DNA of 63,996 bases, filler included, from Atractiella rhizophila (lineage: Eukaryota), in assembly GCA_021432655.1 (NCBI GenBank). It is 45 parts of 45 records of this genome, joined end to end, with 100 filler letters (N's around TTAATTAATTAA, not from the genome) between each part and the next. Parts side by side here need not be neighbours in the genome. Positions count along the whole stretch, not along the records: positions 34,671 to 35,994 come from MU273025.1; positions 36,095 to 37,417 come from MU273026.1; positions 37,518 to 38,838 come from MU273027.1; positions 38,939 to 40,259 come from MU273028.1; positions 40,360 to 41,680 come from MU273029.1; positions 41,781 to 43,099 come from MU273030.1; positions 43,200 to 44,515 come from MU273031.1; positions 44,616 to 45,928 come from MU273032.1; 37 more parts are not named here. One strand, 5' to 3'. The notes under the pieces are model-generated. The model saw only the letters and a program-made list of their open reading frames with translations. It did not search any database and was not told where the DNA came from. Shown piece after piece: positions 34,671 through 47,856 of this stretch. Position numbers and translations under genes: made by a program. The first letter of the stretch is position 1, and each line of letters starts with the position of its first letter.

Positions 34671-35994
34671 CGTGCCATGTTTAACGTAGATGCAGTTCCA
34701 GAAATCCTTCTCCTCTGCAATCATCATTCCCTTGGCTTTCATGCTATCATAGAACTCCTTATTCTGCTCTGCCGAGAACTTGATCCAGCCATTCAACAAT
34801 ATCCGTCCGATAGAAGGAGGGAGGGATTCGCTCATCTGGTCGGAAATTTCGATCGGCGTGAAATCGTTGTAATGTTCGTAATGCTTTCCAATCGCCTCCT
34901 CGCAAGTGATCATGCACGACGTGTTACGCTGATAAAGGACGACGGAGGAGAGACCAAAGCGGACCATGTCCATTGCGATATCGTGAGCTGAGTTCGCCGC
35001 TCCTTGAAGTGTAATGTGTTTAGGAGAAGGAAAGAACGTGCAGGCGTAGAAGGCATACCAATGATTAGTCCTCTTTTGCCTTTCCACGGCTCTGCATTCC
35101 AGTATTTGACACTATGAACGATGTCTCCCTTGAACTTCTCCTAAACAATAGCACATTAATGGACACCTTTACCGGAGGAGATGCAGAGAAAACGTACCCG
35201 CTCCGGAATTTCCGGTTCGTAAGGATCCGTGTTCCCTACTCCGGTGCACATTACAATGTGCTTCGCCACAATGGTTTTCACTCCGTCCTTTCTCTTAATC
35301 TTATTCGTCCACTCCTTCCGATCTTCATCCCATTTTCCCTCCTCCCACCTGCTCTGCATGTAGACAGGTAGACCCAAAGATTTTCGATAACTCTCGTAGT
35401 GATCTGATAGCTGTTGAGCCGTAATAAAGACAGGATAGTTTTCTGGGTAGCGAAGAAACGGCATGTGCCCTATTTTCTTCGGTGTGTCTGCATGTTATTG
35501 GATGTATCAATGTTATAGGCATGATCAGGTGAGGAGTACGAACGCAGTTTGCAAGCCTCGTAACGTGTGCCCCAGCTGTCGCCACACTTCTGGTTGCCAT
35601 CCACTACGACGTGAGGGATTTGGAAGGACTTGAGAAGGGCTGAGAGGCAGAGACCGGATTGGCCAGCGCCTGGGCCAATTGTTGTCAGTTTTCTCAAGGC
35701 GGCTAACAGTCGAATGGGTCACATACCGATAACGAGGATGTCGGTCTGTTCAGGGAAATTGCCGTCTGGCGCACCATTGGCAATCGGCTTCTCCTTCATC
35801 TTCTGTTCATCAAGGGTTTCGACGCCATCGAGCGCGAAGATGACTGTATATACAGTCCAAAGTTTCCACCTGTCTTCTGCAACCCTCACAGCTCGCAAGC
35901 TCCCCATGCAACTAGCTTTCGGCTCTTCGATCTCAAACACGAAGCCAGTATCAAGCCAATGAGTCTTTTCTGAGAACTCCACGATCTTTCCCGG
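34671..35994 (-). CDS. Flavin-containing monooxygenase (class B), internal part
   Basis: ILVIG|AGQSG (FAD), GDSWGTRY..KL|HT, FMO motif FKGDIVHSVKY, LIIG|AANSAHD (NADPH). Confidence 0.9.
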
Positions 35995-36094
35995 NNNNNN
36001 NNNNNNNNNNNNNNNNNNNNNNNNNNNNNNNNNNNNNNTTAATTAATTAANNNNNNNNNNNNNNNNNNNNNNNNNNNNNNNNNNNNNNNNNNNN

Positions 36095-36710
36095 TTAACA
36101 CGACACGCGCGTCTAAGAGATTGAGAGGGTCGGACCCCCAACCGTACTGTGGTGAAAGCCAACTGGAACCCCCTGGTCATAGCTGACATTCAACACTGGC
36201 GATTTGGTGGCGCAAACGGGGAAAGACGAACCACTGAGTAAACTCCCACCAAGTCCAACTATAGGGACACGCGCGCCAACAACCATGTAACCTGGAGCGA
36301 GTCTTTCCATCTTTTCATAAACCCTAGCATTTCTATGCATCAGTCCTCATACGCAGCGAGAGACTACAATTCACTCACGTCCTCCACACTTGTCCTGCTC
36401 CCAGAAGCACCGTCTTCTCCTTTTCATTCCATTCAAAACCACTGAAGGCTACCAAACTGAGAATCACATCCTCGTTCTGTGACCCAACTAGACCACCCGA
36501 GCGTACACTGAATGAGAATGACGAGGAATATAGCAGTTTGACCGCTGCTTGGAGCTGCGAATCGTTTTGAGGAACAACCACGACTTTGGGTTGTAAGGTA
36601 CTATGGTGAAGGGACCATTGTTTGGTGTATGGGGGAAAGGAGGAGGAGGTGGGCAAGACAATCGAACTTGCTCCTAATTGTTTTCTCAATTCTTCGATGA
36701 GAGTATCCAT
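36095..36710 (-). CDS. FAD-linked oxidoreductase (VAO/PCMH FAD_binding_4), 5' part
   Basis: PKVVVVP.N..QLQAAVK..FSVRSGG, TVLLGAGQVW, GARVPIVGLGGSLLSG|GSSWLSPQYGWGSD..LLDARVVL. Confidence 0.85.
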
Positions 36711-38938
36711 TCTTGCAATGATGTTCAAGCTGAGATGAGGTGTCTGGGATGCTTCCTCTTTCCCTCTTTATACACTGACTCTTGTAGACGGTTCACAAAA
36801 CAAAGCTGTCGGTGACACAGGATAACGCATGTACAACGCCATAGAGAAATGTCACCCGAGGTCGGCATGTTGAATCAGCTGGCATTCGGAAAGATGAAGT
36901 GGATTCATCTTTCGTACCGAGGTCGGGGACGCCAGAACATCTTGTTCCATCAAACTGTCCGCGACTTTCAACTGTAAGGATCATGTAATCACTGTTCCTC
37001 CTACCCAGCAATACGGTAGAACAGAGGACTCATTTCACAATGTCACCCGGGTACCACATTACCAAGCAAGATTCGAGATTTGAGATACGCACATACTGCA
37101 CTGAAAAGTGTAAAAGACAATGCTTTACGTGGGGGAAGAAGGCAACCGTAGCTAGCAACGGATAGAAAACTCGTCTCAGTAACTCGACCTGACCTATCTC
37201 AGCTGGAGAAGCGCTGGAATGTAGATATAATACGATCTGCGGGTTGACTGTTTTTGTTTAGGAGAGGTCTGCTTCTTGGATGCTCTGCCCTGTCTTGTAC
37301 TACTGGCCAATTACACCCTCCTATTTCCTATGGACATAATTTTCCGTGGAAAGAGACCTGTGTTGGTACTCTGAGCATTAGATACAGGAAGACGACGACG
37401 GCAAGACAACAACAGGCNNNNNNNNNNNNNNNNNNNNNNNNNNNNNNNNNNNNNNNNNNNNTTAATTAATTAANNNNNNNNNNNNNNNNNNNNNNNNNNN
37501 NNNNNNNNNNNNNNNNNGCATTTCTCGATAGTGATGATCACTTGACAAGAAGTCTTCAAGATGATGTGCTATCACATATGTTTAGGTTATATTCAGACTG
37601 TTTCAAAGTGGCGTACTAGTCAAGAGATTAGGATCTACCTCAGAACTGGCAAGTTCTTCTTCTTCCTCCTCACTGGAAGAGGAACTTGAGCTGCTGGAGG
37701 ATTCGTCGGCAGAACTTGGCTGAGGAGTATCTGTTATATAGGACCGAGGTTGGTCATTTCTAGGTGAAGCAGGACACCCAACGCTGACATCATCAATCTC
37801 CATCTGGTTTGGGACATCTGACTATATACGTTCCCATTTACATAAATGTCCAAATATAGAAAATAATGCTGACATGACTTTCTCCATTACTATTAGAATC
37901 TTCTGTATCATCCTGACTGTAGTTCATATCGCCATCTAATGAAGTCTCCATCAAAGGCCCTTTATCTTACTGATCGACCTGATGTTTTCGAAACGTATGA
38001 AGATGCACCCATTTCCAACTGTGGGAATTCTTCCTGCATCTATTACAAGTACACCATCGATAGTTCTTAGAAGGGCCCATTGGTCTACTCTCCATCATAA
38101 TGGTCCTCTATCTCTGTTTCTGAGCTGTTACCGACAATGTAACCAAATATGTCCAACTAACTTCTCAGTTAAGTATATTCCACGTAAACAATAACCTCTT
38201 TAAACATCACATTTCTCTTTCTCAAACTAAGGTGTAATTGTTTCTGAAGATTATTCATCAGATGATCAGCAAAGCGAGCATTCACAGGAGGATTTGGATT
38301 TTGCACTTGGAAATAGCAACGGGATAGAAGCTTCTTTCAGTAAGCGGGAAAGTAGTGTTGATTTTGCAGCCGGTCCGTTCTTTCTTGTTCTTGTTTCGCT
38401 GTGAAATAGGTATTAAAGGCATTGATTTAGGTGTGCTGTCACCAAACTTCGACTTCCTCACTCATTCAAACAACATCTCATCGCATACCCCAACCTCTCG
38501 ACTATCTACCCCATCCAGGGATTCACCAGAACCATCCCATCCTTCTCAACTCTGGAATCGTCATCTCAACCTCAATACTGTAGAGGGTCGAGGTCGTTCA
38601 CGCCTAGGCTCGCCGATATCGCCTCGCCATAATCTAACACTTTCAGAGCCCCCAAATCTGCGGCAAATCTTGGCCAGTGTCAAGACAACTGATCTTTTCG
38701 CTTTCAGTCCTGTGTATCGACGAGCATATGATGAGAATATAGATCTGCAGACCGAGATTAGGGTTCTCAGGTCCGTTCTCCCATCCGCACTTATTAGTAC
38801 ACATTATGATGCATATGCAATGGGCATGTTAGATCACTNNNNNNNNNNNNNNNNNNNNNNNNNNNNNNNNNNNNNNNNNNNNTTAATTAATTAANNNNNN
38901 NNNNNNNNNNNNNNNNNNNNNNNNNNNNNNNNNNNNNN

Positions 38939-40210
38939 CATCTCCTCCTCATCACCTTCCAAAGTAATCAAACCCTCTCTTCTCCACAGTCTCAGGCTGA
39001 TGAAAGTCGAGACTGATTGTGATTTGAGTTTCCGGCGGTTATCCCTTGTTGTCGTTCTTGACATGGAGAAAGATGACGCCGGTATCATGCTGCAGGCGGG
39101 GCTGGGGAGGATGTCTCGGGTCATCAATGAGTATATAGGGAAATATTTCTCATGTGTCTGAGAAGAAGACGTCAACATAGATGCCAAGAGTAGAGGCGAA
39201 GTAAAATACCTTATACCACAATAAAATTGAGGTATCCTTCTTGTACGGCTCGAGCCTGAGGATGTCGTACCGCTGGTGCTCAGTTGCAGAAAGAGGGAGT
39301 TGAGCTTGCTGACATGTGAGAGCGGTGTTGAACATAGTCCCTGAAACAGGAATCACAGAAGGCGAGGTACGTTGGTGAGACGGGATGGCTGGCGGCAAGG
39401 TGACATGTTTTCCAACGTATTGCGCGAATGAATCATTCGACGGACCTCTACAGCCTCAGCGTGGATGATCATCTGTTCATTTTGGAGGAACGTGGAGCGG
39501 ATGCCGGGGTGCAAATCTGTAGAAGAATCATCAGTGGATGGAATCAAAGAAAGTGAAAAATGAGGCTTCACAAAGAATAATACACACATGCTGCCAACAG
39601 AACATTCTTATTCTTCTTGTAATAGGTCCAATCTTGTTCTAACCTTGCTGCCATCTTAACCGCACATTCCTTCAAAGTAGAGTCCCACTCCAGCTCAGCT
39701 GGTCCGCCCATTGCCAAGACGTGACGAAAGTGGGCAATGAGTGTAGAGTAAGCGATGTATATAAAAGGCAAAGTCGGTTCCGTTTCCAGGGATAGAAACC
39801 AGTTGCGGTATGAAACGGCTTTTGGCAGGTTAGTTTGCAGTTTCTGGTTCGGAGGGCTGAAACATGACTTACATTAAGTATTTCCTTGAGCAATGTTTCT
39901 AACATGATCCACTCCCGGTCAGTGAGCGCATGACGGCGGAAGTCATTCTTGCGGCAAAGAATCTGGAGTGCCTGTTCCTTGATCTTGAGCCCAATACCAT
40001 GGAAGTCGGAAGGAGAGATCAAGACATGCTGCTTTAATGATTATTGCCCGATCCAGACAATGTACGGGTACCATTCCACCGGTTGTCTACAGGATGTTCT
40101 GGTAAGAGGGTCGTGATTGGAGGAGGGACGCTGAGTTTAGCAATTGTGGAGAACGCTTCACGGCGTTGAGGCGTTCGAACAATAGCGCCAGAAACGAGTA
40201 CAAGCTGAGA
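38939..40210 (-). mobile_element. Degenerate hAT transposase, C-terminal half
   Basis: RTPQRREAF, PVDNRWNGT, LTDREWIML, LLAAC|DLHP, ILLWYK|THEKYFPIYSLMTRDILPSPACS...RRKLKSQSVS; several frame changes. Confidence 0.8.
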
Positions 40211-42433
40211 ACATGTCAGATATCTATCCGAAGATCATTTTGCTTAGACACATAAGCTCNNNNNNNNNNNNNNNNNNNNNNNNNNNNNNNNNNNNNNNNN
40301 NNNTTAATTAATTAANNNNNNNNNNNNNNNNNNNNNNNNNNNNNNNNNNNNNNNNNNNNGATAAGCTATATTAAACTCCTGTACTGGGTGTACTCGTTCG
40401 ACTTCCCAGACTTCATCCACTGGTTCTTTGAGGATTGGCAGGTGAGGGGAGCTGAGATTGGAGATCAAGTTGATGGAAAGGCGATAGGGTTGCATCTTGA
40501 GGCTGGTTTATTCTTTGAAGAGTGGAGCGAGGAGGAGATTGTGATTGCGAGGAGTACCATGGAAAAGCACAAAAAGAGCCAGAGGTCAGGCATATGGGAG
40601 CCTGGAGAGAGGAAGGAGTAGTGTAGAAGGCACAGTCCGATTCAAGCTCCAAATATGAAGCTACTGGATCACACTCCAGGCTCTTGTATCGCTCTCAGTA
40701 CCCCGTGATGGGTCAAGGTGGCTGCAAACTAGAAAGAGCTTGTGAGGGGACTCATGCATTCATTTTGGTTGCCAGGCGGATGCTTAGATTACATGTTAGG
40801 AGGATAACGATACCCACTAGGGCATCCCAGTGTTGGAGCAATGTTAAGTATTTAACATGTTGACAAAATGTACAATACAACGATGTTTCACTGACAGCAT
40901 TTAAAGTCCTCTGCAGTGTGAATAGGAAAAGACAAGATGGTCTACAGACAAAAACAAAAAGAGGTTCCTCGCATAACTAGAATCAAAATCCAAAGCTGAT
41001 GAGTTCGCTCCAGTTCGCCCACAACTTCTGCATAGTACTTCCGTACAGCGCTGCCACCAGTCAGCGTCCGGATATGGTTTACTGCCGTATTGTACGGGAT
41101 GTCCCGTATCCGTAATGCTCTCCTGAGCCCCTCATTACTGGCAATATCGCTATTGCCATACCCATCCACAATCAAGGTATGTTTTCCATATACTGCATAT
41201 ACTGCCGTGTCAACATTCTCTAAGAAGGGGACACAACACAGATCAGCCAGGTGCAGACGGTACGTTGAATGTCCACCAAATATTCCCCTTCTGTGAAGGA
41301 ATGCTAGTCAATCATCGTTTTCTACTACTACAGACTCGAAGTAAGGGACAAGATGGTGCTTGACGCTGGGTCATCAACTTCTAATACCGGGAACGGAAAT
41401 CTCTTGCTGTTGCACTTGTCTTGTTTGATGACAATGGCTACTGACAGGTACAGCCTTGACTAAAAATGGCGAGAACAGGTTACCATCACTCCGAGCTATC
41501 TGGGCTGAAGAAGACCCCCAGCACTGTCAGAAGAAATGACCAAAGATGAAGAAACGAAGTAGTTAAGATTTATTACGTGCTGCCTCCGCTCCGTCAAAAT
41601 TCTATCTAATGAAAGTAGAGATAACGCGCCTAGTCGCTCCCAAAGCTCCCATCTCCCAAGACGTCCATCTTCAGCTTTTGNNNNNNNNNNNNNNNNNNNN
41701 NNNNNNNNNNNNNNNNNNNNNNNNTTAATTAATTAANNNNNNNNNNNNNNNNNNNNNNNNNNNNNNNNNNNNNNNNNNNNAATGAAATACCTTGGCTACT
41801 AGGCTTTAGTCGATTAATTTGAGCTTGTCTGGTGTTCTAATGTTGTTTTTGTCACAAAGTGGAGCTCTTAGCTGCTTTATAATTTCTTCATCTTGCCAGA
41901 TATCACTTATCAATTCTTATTGATTCTAACCTTACATGGTACGAATGGCACTGATTAACATTGTGTGTGATTTTTTTAACCCGGTATACATTTCCAGATC
42001 CAGCTTCCCGCTTTACCATTACCATTAGGTTTCTTCTTCTGTCTGTCCACTTCTCTGTTCTTCCTTCATGAGACCTTTGTACTATTTTACGGTGTGATGC
42101 TTTTTCTTTCTAGTGTCCTCCATTCATCTGGCATTACTCTAACCATTACTCATCCTCATCTTTCTTGCTCAAGTTTGTACACAGTGGTGCACATTAGGTC
42201 TCCTAGGACGTTTAACACTTTCAAGTGCTCCTTGAAATGCAGGTCTACCGGTTGTTTCACACCAATACTTCTTGCAACTTAGTCCAGGTGTAAGAAATGT
42301 ACTGTAGTTTCGTGATAAAAGCAAACCAGCAGGAACATGCCGACCCCGGAAGTTTAAAAGGAAAATTGAATCCGCTCACAAACCAAATAAGTGAGAGCTG
42401 ATAACACGAAAAGGGCAACAAACAAACACAAAA

Positions 42434-43099
42434 TCAAGATAAGATGAATCCCGAGATCTTGAGGATAGGTTCACTTCTGACCTTGGTAGCTCCAGCTATC
42501 TCCTTAACCGTTTCCTTCTGCTGCGGCCGATCCGACTGAAGGTCTGTCGGCCGCCGACTGTCCCCTTCTTTCTTTTTCTGCTCTCGCAGCTTCTCACCTG
42601 CCGCCATTATCGCCGCCGTTCCTTCTTGATCGATGGGAACGTCGAATAGCTCTAATATATAACGACGGACGGGTAATCGGTAATGATGATCTCCCAAGCT
42701 TTCCAGGCTTCGGTAGTACATGCCAGGGTCTCGGAAGACTCCTGGGTGCCGCAATTTGATGCGAGCAAGAGTTTTTGAGGCAGAATTGGCGAGCATGTGA
42801 TTGCTCAGATTTGCAAGAGCCGTCAGTGTTTCCTGTTCATTTTCGTCCGAAGGTTGTGGAAGCTCAAGGGACTCCGGAGGAACGTATCGAGGGCTGGTCC
42901 ACGGCGCGGTCTGGTTTGTCGTCAGCCGCTCGAACTAACTGTAACATACAGAAACCAACATAAACAAATCGATCTAGGTCCAAAGGGACACATAAGCCAG
43001 TCGGCTGCCCAAGAACATTGACTACACTGTCCCACATTAACTCTTCCAAAGCCTCCACTCCACCAGTAGTGGAGGAGATCAAACCGAGAACAAAAAAGG
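42434..43099 (-). CDS. AVO3: TORC2 subunit Rictor/Avo3, 3' end
   Basis: FFVLGLISSTTGGVEALEELMW..GLCVP, LANLSNHMLANSASKTLARIK, HYRLPVRRYILELFD. Confidence 0.88.
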
Positions 43100-43515
43100 N
43101 NNNNNNNNNNNNNNNNNNNNNNNNNNNNNNNNNNNNNNNNNNNTTAATTAATTAANNNNNNNNNNNNNNNNNNNNNNNNNNNNNNNNNNNNNNNNNNNNT
43201 GCCTCCGTCTCGTCTCCTGCGTCCATCAAGTTTCTTATATACGTCTCGATTCGTTTTTTTGTCTCTGATATCTGTTGCACCACGTCCCTGCTCTGCTTAA
43301 TCCCGTTTGCTTGCCTGTTGAGAATCCGTTTATGATACATACGATATTCCTGTCATTATGATACCTGCAGTAGTGATGATAATGCTTATACCTTGATGCC
43401 TCCAACTCTTGCTCTCCTGAATGGAAATGTAGATTTCTTGATGCCCGATGTGTGAATACTTTCGACTCAAATGCGGACACTCTGGGAGGAAGAGATCCAG
43501 GCACCGACGACCACC

Positions 43516-44447
43516 ATGTCAACAGGTTATTCCCTCTCCGCCGTTGCCTACCACAAGGTGCTCCTCCATGCCACCAAGTATGCTCACAGCGACATCTGCG
43601 GTCTTCTCCTAGGACCTTCAGGATCGACCAACGTGGTGGATGCCATTCCGCTCCTGCACCATTGGACCGCGCTCTCTCCCATGATGGAGGCGGGTCTTGA
43701 GCTCGTGCGCTCTTCTTCTCCCCGCTAGCATAAATACTAATCTCTTTGGTCGTTGGATGTTGTTGGAATGCACAGGCGGAGGTGTATGCAAAGACGAAGG
43801 GATGGGATGTTCTGGGCTTTTATGAAGCTCGAAAGGGCATGGATGAGAATACAATCAGTGGGACGGGGAAGCAGGCTGCTTTGGCTATTGTGAAGAATAA
43901 TGGTGGGAAAGGATTGGTGCTTGTGGTGCGTCATTTCGAATTGTTTTGTGACCCTCCAGAAGCAGAAATTTTGCTCATTCTCAAAACACGGTTTTCATGA
44001 GACACATCTGTTAGAAGAATCTTTGCGTATACTATCTTTTTTTTCTTGAAATATTTATCGTCCCTACGTGATCTTAGAATACCACATTGTACCCTCTGTT
44101 TACGTTACCAACATCAACGTAATCGTGGTGCCAGCTGACTTGTTTTCTATAGGTTGACAACACAAACATCGCAGTTGAGGATACCCCGTTCATCGTGAGC
44201 ATCCTCCATACTTACATCGAGCTTTCTCTAACGATATCACCAGCCATATCTTCCCGCTGGAAGCAACGCCTTTGAACCCCGAATTTTTTCCTCCATTGTC
44301 ACCCTCGCGGATCCCTCCTCTTGCACAGCCGAACATTACAAGTCGTTAGTGAAGCGAAAAGAACATGAGAAGCTCTCGGACTTTGATGATCACCTCGAGG
44401 GTATATCAAAGGATTGGTTAAGGAATGATTCAGTGCAAATCCTGTGA
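43516..44447 (+). CDS. EMC8: ER membrane complex subunit EMC8/9 (UPF0172), complete 4-exon gene, copy 2
   Basis: Same exon structure and nearly identical protein to 14805-15732. Confidence 0.92.
43958..44089 (+). ncRNA. Candidate intronic H/ACA snoRNA, copy 2
   Basis: Inside intron 43926-44152: stems GCAGA/TCTGT, CTCAT/ATGAG, AAAAC/GTTTT; H box AGAAGA at 44013-44018; stem TTGCGTA/TACGTGA; ACA at 44084-44086. Confidence 0.4.
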
Positions 44448-44622
44448 TAGTATGATAGCGATACATGATGTTGCATTGCATAGTAGTCACCCATACTCAC
44501 TACCACACAAGAGACNNNNNNNNNNNNNNNNNNNNNNNNNNNNNNNNNNNNNNNNNNNNTTAATTAATTAANNNNNNNNNNNNNNNNNNNNNNNNNNNNN
44601 NNNNNNNNNNNNNNNTATATAG

Positions 44623-45928
44623 TTCGCCGCGAATCTCTTCCGAGCCATTCCTCCTCCCGTCAATCCGCATGGCGACGCTTTTGACCCTGAGGAAGACGAG
44701 CCAGTGCTCGAGCTCGCATGGCCGCATCTTCAAATCGTTTATGAACTTTTCTTGCGATTTGTGGAGAGCCCAGACTTCAACACTAACATCGCAAAGCGAT
44801 ACATTGATCAGCAGTTTGTGTTACGGGTATGCATTCGAGGAATAAGCGGTTTAACGTTAACGTTGCTGCTAGCTATTGGATTTGTTTGACAGCGAAGATC
44901 CCCGCGAACGCGACGTCGTCAAAACTAACTTGCATCGGATATACGGCAAATTTCTCAACCTGCGTGCTTTCATTCGACGTTCGATAAATAATGTCTTTTT
45001 CCAATTCGTCTATGAAACCGAAAGGCATAACGGCATTGCTGAATTACTCGAGATTCTAGGGTCAATAATCAATGGGTTTGCGCTGCCGCTGAAAGTGAGT
45101 TCTCCGCGCCGCCACCCTCCCTCGAGCGCTGACGTTTCTCAGGGGGAACACAAGAATTTCTTAGGACGAGTACTGCTACCACTGCATAAGGTTATTTCTT
45201 TCTCTAGGAATTCCATGTGTGCTGACTATCAACAGACCAAGGGATTGTCGCTCTATTACGCACAATTGGCCTATTGCATAATCCAGGTTTGCAACCTCCC
45301 ACCCCACTTCGCACTAATTCTGAAGCATGCCCCGTCAGTTTCTGGAGAAGGAATCGAGGTGCGTCACCTACCCAGTCTTATGTCCGTCCTAATAAGGCTA
45401 CAGCCTGACGGAAATGGTGATCCACACCCTCCTCAAGTACTGGCCAAAGGTCAACAGCTCTAAAACTGTCATGTTTTTGAGAGAGTGCGAGGAGATTCTG
45501 TAAGCCGCCACTGTTTTGTCTATATGCAATAAATGATGCGGAGCATAGAACAGAAATCGATCCGCAACAGTTCAGAGTTATCCAAATCCCTTTATTCAAG
45601 CAGTTAGCCGTTTGCATTCGATCGCCTCATTTCCAGGTCTTTCCCTCTACCTACCTCATTGAGGAGCATGGGTGACAATGATGATGCATCAGGTCGCGGA
45701 GCAGACCCTGTATCTTTGGAGTAACGAGTTTATTGTCAACCACATCGCTGATAACGTCGACACCATCCTGCCCATTGTATATCCAGCCTTGCATGTCAGC
45801 GCCAGGAGCCATTGGAATCCGTTCGTTTGTCATTATTATACTATGAATGATGCTGAAGGAGTGGACAGGCAAATTCACGCCTTGGTTTTGAATGCCCTGA
45901 AGGTCTTTGGCGACATCAACAGTCAACT
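44623..45928 (+). CDS. RTS1: PP2A regulatory subunit B' (B56, Rts1/Par1 family), internal part
   Basis: [96 protein letters not shown]. Confidence 0.96.
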
Positions 45929-46028
45929 NNNNNNNNNNNNNNNNNNNNNNNNNNNNNNNNNNNNNNNNNNNNTTAATTAATTAANNNNNNNNNNNNNNNN
46001 NNNNNNNNNNNNNNNNNNNNNNNNNNNN

Positions 46029-47317
46029 TAGTTAAAGAGAGGATGACGAACCGTAAAGCATTGAGCGCCGAGGCTTGGACGTAAAAGTGGAGGAATGTCG
46101 GTGGGAGAAGGCGAGGTAGGGAGTTACTAAGAAGGAGGAGCGGGAAACGAGTTGGAAAGTGACATTGCTCAGATGAGGTGCGACAGAGGAGCGGAAGGCC
46201 ATCTTGCGGTCCTCGACTACTGCGCGATGAACTGACGGTCAGAACGGACCCGTAGTGCAAAGAGAGATGAGGTAGGGTGCAGGAAGCTCAGAACTGAAGT
46301 TTCGGACAATAGAACACATTGTTAATAGGAAGTGGGAAAGCGCCTTGAGAACTCCACCGAGTGGACGGGCTGCGGGAGAGTGTTGCTCTCGAAAAGCCTC
46401 CTGACCTCTCCGGTATTTAGGAAAGCCAAGGTGTAAATGAAAGTGTAAGGGGATTCCAGGTTAACATGCAAGTGGGCATGATGCTCTGCCCAATGACCAC
46501 GGGTTGGGAACGTCTGAGTATCAGGAGAATTCAGTAGCCTGCGGTGAAGTCGCAAGACTTCTGTGGGGTGGTGATTTCAGCATGCTCAAGCTCTCCGATT
46601 CTCAAAAGAGGGGAGCTTCCATCCTGGTTTCCGCCCCGCACCGTGAAGTGTCACATATTCCACAGAGCACAACAAAGCCCTCCATCACCGTGACAGTGAG
46701 CTACTCACTAATTGACGCGTAAACAAGACTGACGATGCGACCGTCCCTATGTTTAGGATGCTCTTTTTATCGCTTTTCTACTTCCTGCTCGAGGATCCAA
46801 TACCTGTGCAACTCAGTGGTTCGTCGTTTGGACCGGGAAGTCAGAATCCCTTCGATCAATCCTTCCGCCTGCGACAACAGAGAACCTGACAAGACAAGAG
46901 GATCACTCGCACGGTGAATACGTGGTCAGACATTCGACATGACAAATACGTCGCTAATGGAAACTATGAGGATACGCGGAGGATGTATTTGCCAGTTCTG
47001 GGTACTACGATATCACCTCACTTCAAACAATTCTTCTCCCAGATGAGCCAGCTTGAGTGGAAGAGCAGGATAGACTTTAAAATTGACAGGCGGATCTCAG
47101 AGAGTTGGGGACGACATGGCAAATATGTCTCTTCTAGCGATGTTCCTCTGGTATTCTTGGAGCTTGCAGCAAGTGAGTACAACTTTGACACCTCCGTCGC
47201 CATTCACCCGTGCTAATGTGCATGTGACAGGATATAGATGATCGTACCATCTATCAATACCGTTTACCAGACGACTCGCATCTCCTCAGTCCAACATTCA
47301 TGACGCTGTATAGCCCC
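46029..47317 (+). repeat. Redundant contig, reverse complement of 53037-54325
   Basis: Matching ends and identical ORF translations on opposite strands. Confidence 0.95.
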
Positions 47318-47439
47318 ATGAAACATAAACCCTCGCACCNNNNNNNNNNNNNNNNNNNNNNNNNNNNNNNNNNNNNNNNNNNNTTAATTAATTAANNNNN
47401 NNNNNNNNNNNNNNNNNNNNNNNNNNNNNNNNNNNNNNN

Positions 47440-47856
47440 ATTGGATCCTGAATCCATCCGAGCTCTGATGTTTCTTAAAGTCTCTCTTCGGGTAGAACAG
47501 GAGAAAAAGATAGTGAAGCTCAAACAGGAGATAGAGAAGACAATGAATTCTGATGTGCAATGTGAGGCTGCTTGATATTCCTTCTCATCTTAAATTTTTT
47601 TGGTTGGTTTCTCACATTGCATGGATCTTCCGAGCTCAGAATTACTGTTTTGACAATGCAATGACACTGATATCACATTTTCCCCTCGTCCTTTAACCGT
47701 CCTCACCGTCCTTCTTCGTCCCGTTCTTCAAACCGCCCAACCTTGATTGTCAAGGACGAGGCCTGGGACGGGACGAGGACGATGAAAACCTCGTCCCGGC
47801 CGGAAACTCAAAAGCCGGGTATGGACGGGACGATAGCCATCCCTACCCAGGCCCTA
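47440..47856 (+). mobile_element. hAT transposon 3' end (last transposase codons, stop at 47575, and terminus)
   Basis: LDPESIRALMFLKVSLRVEQEKK resembles the C-terminus at 3287-3407; GGACG/CGTCC subterminal repeats; ends CATCCCTACCCAGGCCCTA (reverse complement TAGGG...). Confidence 0.7.

Noticed and set aside
33718..36710. Halogenase + FMO + FAD oxidase as a biosynthetic gene cluster
   Set aside because: They lie on three separate contigs that are adjacent only because of length sorting.
37518..38838. Acidic/serine-rich ORF pieces and ORF 38355-38894
   Set aside because: Low complexity with no family motif recognised.
40360..41680. ORF 40388-40621 and neighbouring short ORFs
   Set aside because: Plausibly a gene 3' end, but unassignable from sequence alone.
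43373..43420. Possible C/D box snoRNA (GTGATGA...CTGA) upstream of EMC8/9
   Set aside because: Too short, and the CTGA is not retained in the second copy of the locus.
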